A DNA stretch of 64,000 nt, taken from the NCBI GenBank assembly GCA_965262915.1, contig OZ253564.1, positions 4,160,001-4,224,000 on the forward strand. The letters are read 5' to 3'. Shown one piece after another: positions 61,640-64,000 of the stretch. A program made the position numbers and the translations under genes. How positions within the stretch are numbered: position 1 is the first letter of the stretch; every line of letters begins with the position of its first letter. The notes under the pieces are model-generated. The model was not told the origin of the DNA, searched no databases, and saw only the letters and a list, made by a program, of their open reading frames with translations. The DNA is from Candidatus Spongiisociaceae bacterium. Lineage in GTDB: Bacteria; Actinomycetota; Acidimicrobiia; Spongiisociales; Spongiisociaceae.

Positions 61640-62419
61640 TCAGCGGTTGCGCTCCCATACGAGGCGGAGCCCCTCCAGCGTGAGGGTGTGATCCACCTTC
61701 GTAACGAGTCGGCACAGGGGAACGATGAGGGGAGCGATCCCGCCGGTGGCCACCACGTTCGTGCATTCGCCACCCCCGCCACCGACTTGATCGATGATCC
61801 GTCCCAGGATCCCGTCCACCAGACCGGCATACCCGTATAGGAGGCCGCTTTGGATAGCCTCGACGGTGCCCTTGCCCACCACCGATCGGGGCTCGATCAG
61901 ATCCACCCGTCTCAGGGCGGCGGTGGCCGCCACCAGGGCCTCCATCGACACCTCGAGGCCGGGAGCGATAGCGCCACCGATGTAGTCACCGGAGCGATCC
62001 ACCACATCGAAGGTCGTGGCCGTACCAAAGTCGACCACCACCGCCGGCACGCCGTAGCGCTCGCGGGCCGCCACGGAGTTGACGACCCTGTCGGCCCCCA
62101 CTTCCCGCGGGTTGTCGATCTTGATGGCCATCCCCGTACGGACACCGGGTCCGACGACCAGAACCCGGGTTCCCACCAGCTTCTCGAGGGCCGATTGCAG
62201 GGCGGTCGCCACCGGCGGCACCACAGACGACATCGCCGCCCCCTCGAAGTCCTCGGACCGGTAACCGGTGGGAGCCAGCAACCCCCTGAGCAGGATGGAG
62301 AACTCGTCCTCCGTACGCTCCCGGCCGCTGGAGAGGCGCCACTGCTCGATCACCCTGCGGCCGGATATGACGCCGATCACTGTCTGGGTGTTACCGACAT
62401 CGACAGCCAGGAACATCAA
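61640..62419 (-). CDS. coaX: Type III pantothenate kinase
   Basis: AVDVGNT, EVGADRVVN, VVDFGTATT, GGAIAPG, LTLEGL. Confidence 0.95.
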   Translation of the reverse strand: MMFLAVDVGNTQTVIGVISGRRVIEQWRLSSGRERTEDEFSILLRGLLAPTGYRSEDFEGAAMSSVVPPVATALQSALEKLVGTRVLVVGPGVRTGMAIKIDNPREVGADRVVNSVAARERYGVPAVVVDFGTATTFDVVDRSGDYIGGAIAPGLEVSMEALVAATAALRRVDLIEPRSVVGKGTVEAIQSGLLYGYAGLVDGILGRIIDQVGGGGGECTNVVATGGIAPLIVPLCRLVTKVDHTLTLEGLRLVWERNR

Positions 62420-62425
62420 CTTCTC

Positions 62426-62516
62426 CAGTGGTCAGTGGTCAGGTGCCAGGTGCCAGGTGCCAGGTGCCAGGTGCCAGGTGCCAGGTGCCAGGTGCCAGGT
62501 GCCAGGTGCCGGGTGC
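62426..62516 (+). repeat. (CAGGTGC)10 plus variant units, overlapping the panC 3' end
   Basis: 10 perfect units 62440-62509, flanked by CAGTGGT x2 and CGGGTGC. Confidence 0.93.
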
Positions 62517-63479
62517 CGGTGATATTTCACGGGTGCACGAGCCGAGGGCTTTCCGACTATCGGATGCCGCCCGGCTGACCGTACTGTAGAGCACGCTGGG
62601 TCGTTCCAACCACACGCCGCGATCCGCTTCGGCGACCCGGTCGCCGACCGAGAACCGCACGTTGTCGATGAGGCGAACCGGACCGATACGGGCGGCGGCG
62701 GCGAGCACTACCTCCCCTTCTACGCAGGAAACCGGAGCCATGGTGGTGGCGTCGCACGTCTCGGCATACTCGATCGCGGCGGGGTCGAGGGCGTTCCGGA
62801 CCGCCCCCTCGAGAGCACCCGCCCCTCGCTCACCGGCCTCGAACAGCCCGGCCGCCTCCATCAGGCCATGGGAGAGTCCCAGGGCCTTCTCCCGGTGAGC
62901 GCCGAGCAGCACGTTCCGGGACGACAGCGCCAGGCCGTCGGCTTCGCGGATCAGGGGGCAGCCCACCACCTCCAGGGGAAAGCCCAGATCGGACGCCAGC
63001 CGGGTCACCATCGCCAGCTGCTGGGCGTCCTTGCGGCCGAAGTAGGCGACATCGGGCTGCAGTCCCGCGAACAGCTTGGTCACCACCGTCGCCACGCCCG
63101 TCATGTGACCGGGCCGGTACACACCTTCCAGTCGATCCCCGATTCCCGCCACCGATACCTCGGTGAGCGGCGCGGTGGGAAACATCTCGGCGGCTTCGGG
63201 AACCACCATCACATCCACGCCGACCTCTTCCGCCAGGGCCAGATCACGGTCGTGATCGACCGGGTAGCGAGCCAGGTCGGCCGGTTCCTCGAACTGCAGG
63301 GGATTCACGTACAGCGTGGCCACGGTCTGATCACACTCGGCCACAGACCTCTCCATGAGGGAGAGATGGCCCTCGTGGAAGAAACCCATGGTCGGGACGA
63401 GACCGACCAACCCGCGTGCCATGGTCCGGGCCTCCGCCATAGTCCCCACGACCTTCACGCGGAGCGGCTCCTCACCCAT
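62439..63479 (-). CDS. panC: Pantoate-beta-alanine ligase
   Basis: VPTMGFFHEGH, NPLQF, FGRKDAQQ, READGLALSSRN, RLIDN. Confidence 0.95.
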   Translation of the reverse strand: MGEEPLRVKVVGTMAEARTMARGLVGLVPTMGFFHEGHLSLMERSVAECDQTVATLYVNPLQFEEPADLARYPVDHDRDLALAEEVGVDVMVVPEAAEMFPTAPLTEVSVAGIGDRLEGVYRPGHMTGVATVVTKLFAGLQPDVAYFGRKDAQQLAMVTRLASDLGFPLEVVGCPLIREADGLALSSRNVLLGAHREKALGLSHGLMEAAGLFEAGERGAGALEGAVRNALDPAAIEYAETCDATTMAPVSCVEGEVVLAAAARIGPVRLIDNVRFSVGDRVAEADRGVWLERPSVLYSTVSRAASDSRKALGSCTREISPAPGTWHLAPGTWHLAPGTWHLAPGT

Positions 63480-63561
63480 GCGGCGCCCGGTCGCCGACCC
63501 TTGCCGGACCGAGACGGATCGGCGGTGGCCACGAACGTCCAGCCACGGCCGGCCATCGAAT

Positions 63562-64000
63562 TCACGCCAGGGCGTCCTCCATCAACTCGGCGGTACCGGC
63601 CACGGCCGCCGTGGCGCGGGCGAAGGTCCTGAACGCCTCGGACGCGAGGGGCGCATGGAGATCCACGGCCTCCAGCTGACTGCGCACGGTTCCCGTATCA
63701 CCCCGGGCGATGGGACCGGTGAGAGCGGAGCCTATCCCCAGATCGAAGGCGTTGGCGACCACCTGCTCGACCAGGGGCCGGGCTACCCGGAGATCGACTG
63801 CCGCCTTACTGAACAGAGCTTCGGCCACCGCCAGGGCCGTCAACACGTAGTTGGAGGATGCGGCGGCTGCGGCGTGGTAGAGCGGCTTGACCTCATCCGC
63901 AATGCGGAAAGGCCGGCAACCCAAGGAGCCCGCCAGATCCTTGAGTACTTCTCCCAACCGCTCGCCGGCGGTGATCCCTATGTGAGCGCCTCTGAGCGAA
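63562..64000 (-). CDS. Rossmann-like/DUF2520 protein (PanG-like), 5'-partial
   Basis: LYHAAAAASSNY, ALTGPIARGD; upstream of panC. Confidence 0.85.
   Translation of the reverse strand, partial: SLRGAHIGITAGERLGEVLKDLAGSLGCRPFRIADEVKPLYHAAAAASSNYVLTALAVAEALFSKAAVDLRVARPLVEQVVANAFDLGIGSALTGPIARGDTGTVRSQLEAVDLHAPLASEAFRTFARATAAVAGTAELMEDALA

Noticed and set aside
61444-61830. Long N-terminal extension of the lysS ORF
   Set aside because: It runs through the MITE and the coaX end; ATG at 61443 gives a normal-length LysS

Overview
GC-rich actinobacterial chromosome segment (Acidimicrobiia-like by inference from gene content and synteny) with two parts. (1) About 1-22 kb is an accessory defence/mobile island. 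It holds a 5'-partial MmeI-like type IIL R-M gene coupled to a DEDDh/BRCT exonuclease, an orphan 4-repeat CRISPR array with no cas genes in view, IS30, a nested ISL3>IS110>ISL3 structure, and many intact and decayed toxin-antitoxin modules (Fic, DUF2442/DUF4160, DUF433/PIN x2, MNT, DUF6036). These modules are punctuated by a co-oriented ~85-bp dispersed repeat with invariant 47-bp internal spacing. The IS110 left end carries a readable bridge-RNA whose guides match its own ends and the terminal inverted repeat of ISL3, into which it has inserted. (2) About 22-64 kb is core genome: tRNA-Thr, two paralogous liv-type ABC clusters (one frameshifted), rlmB-cysS-ispF-ispD-carD-disA, a P450/ribokinase/nucleoside hydrolase/nucleoside ABC cluster, clpC, polyprenyl synthase, lysS, coaX, panC. 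Oddities there are a CarD with a histone-H1-like PAAKK tail, a BMP lipoprotein with two apparently identical domains, a 169-bp MITE in two copies and (GGCACCT)n tracts. All family calls are from motif recognition by eye; no searches were run.
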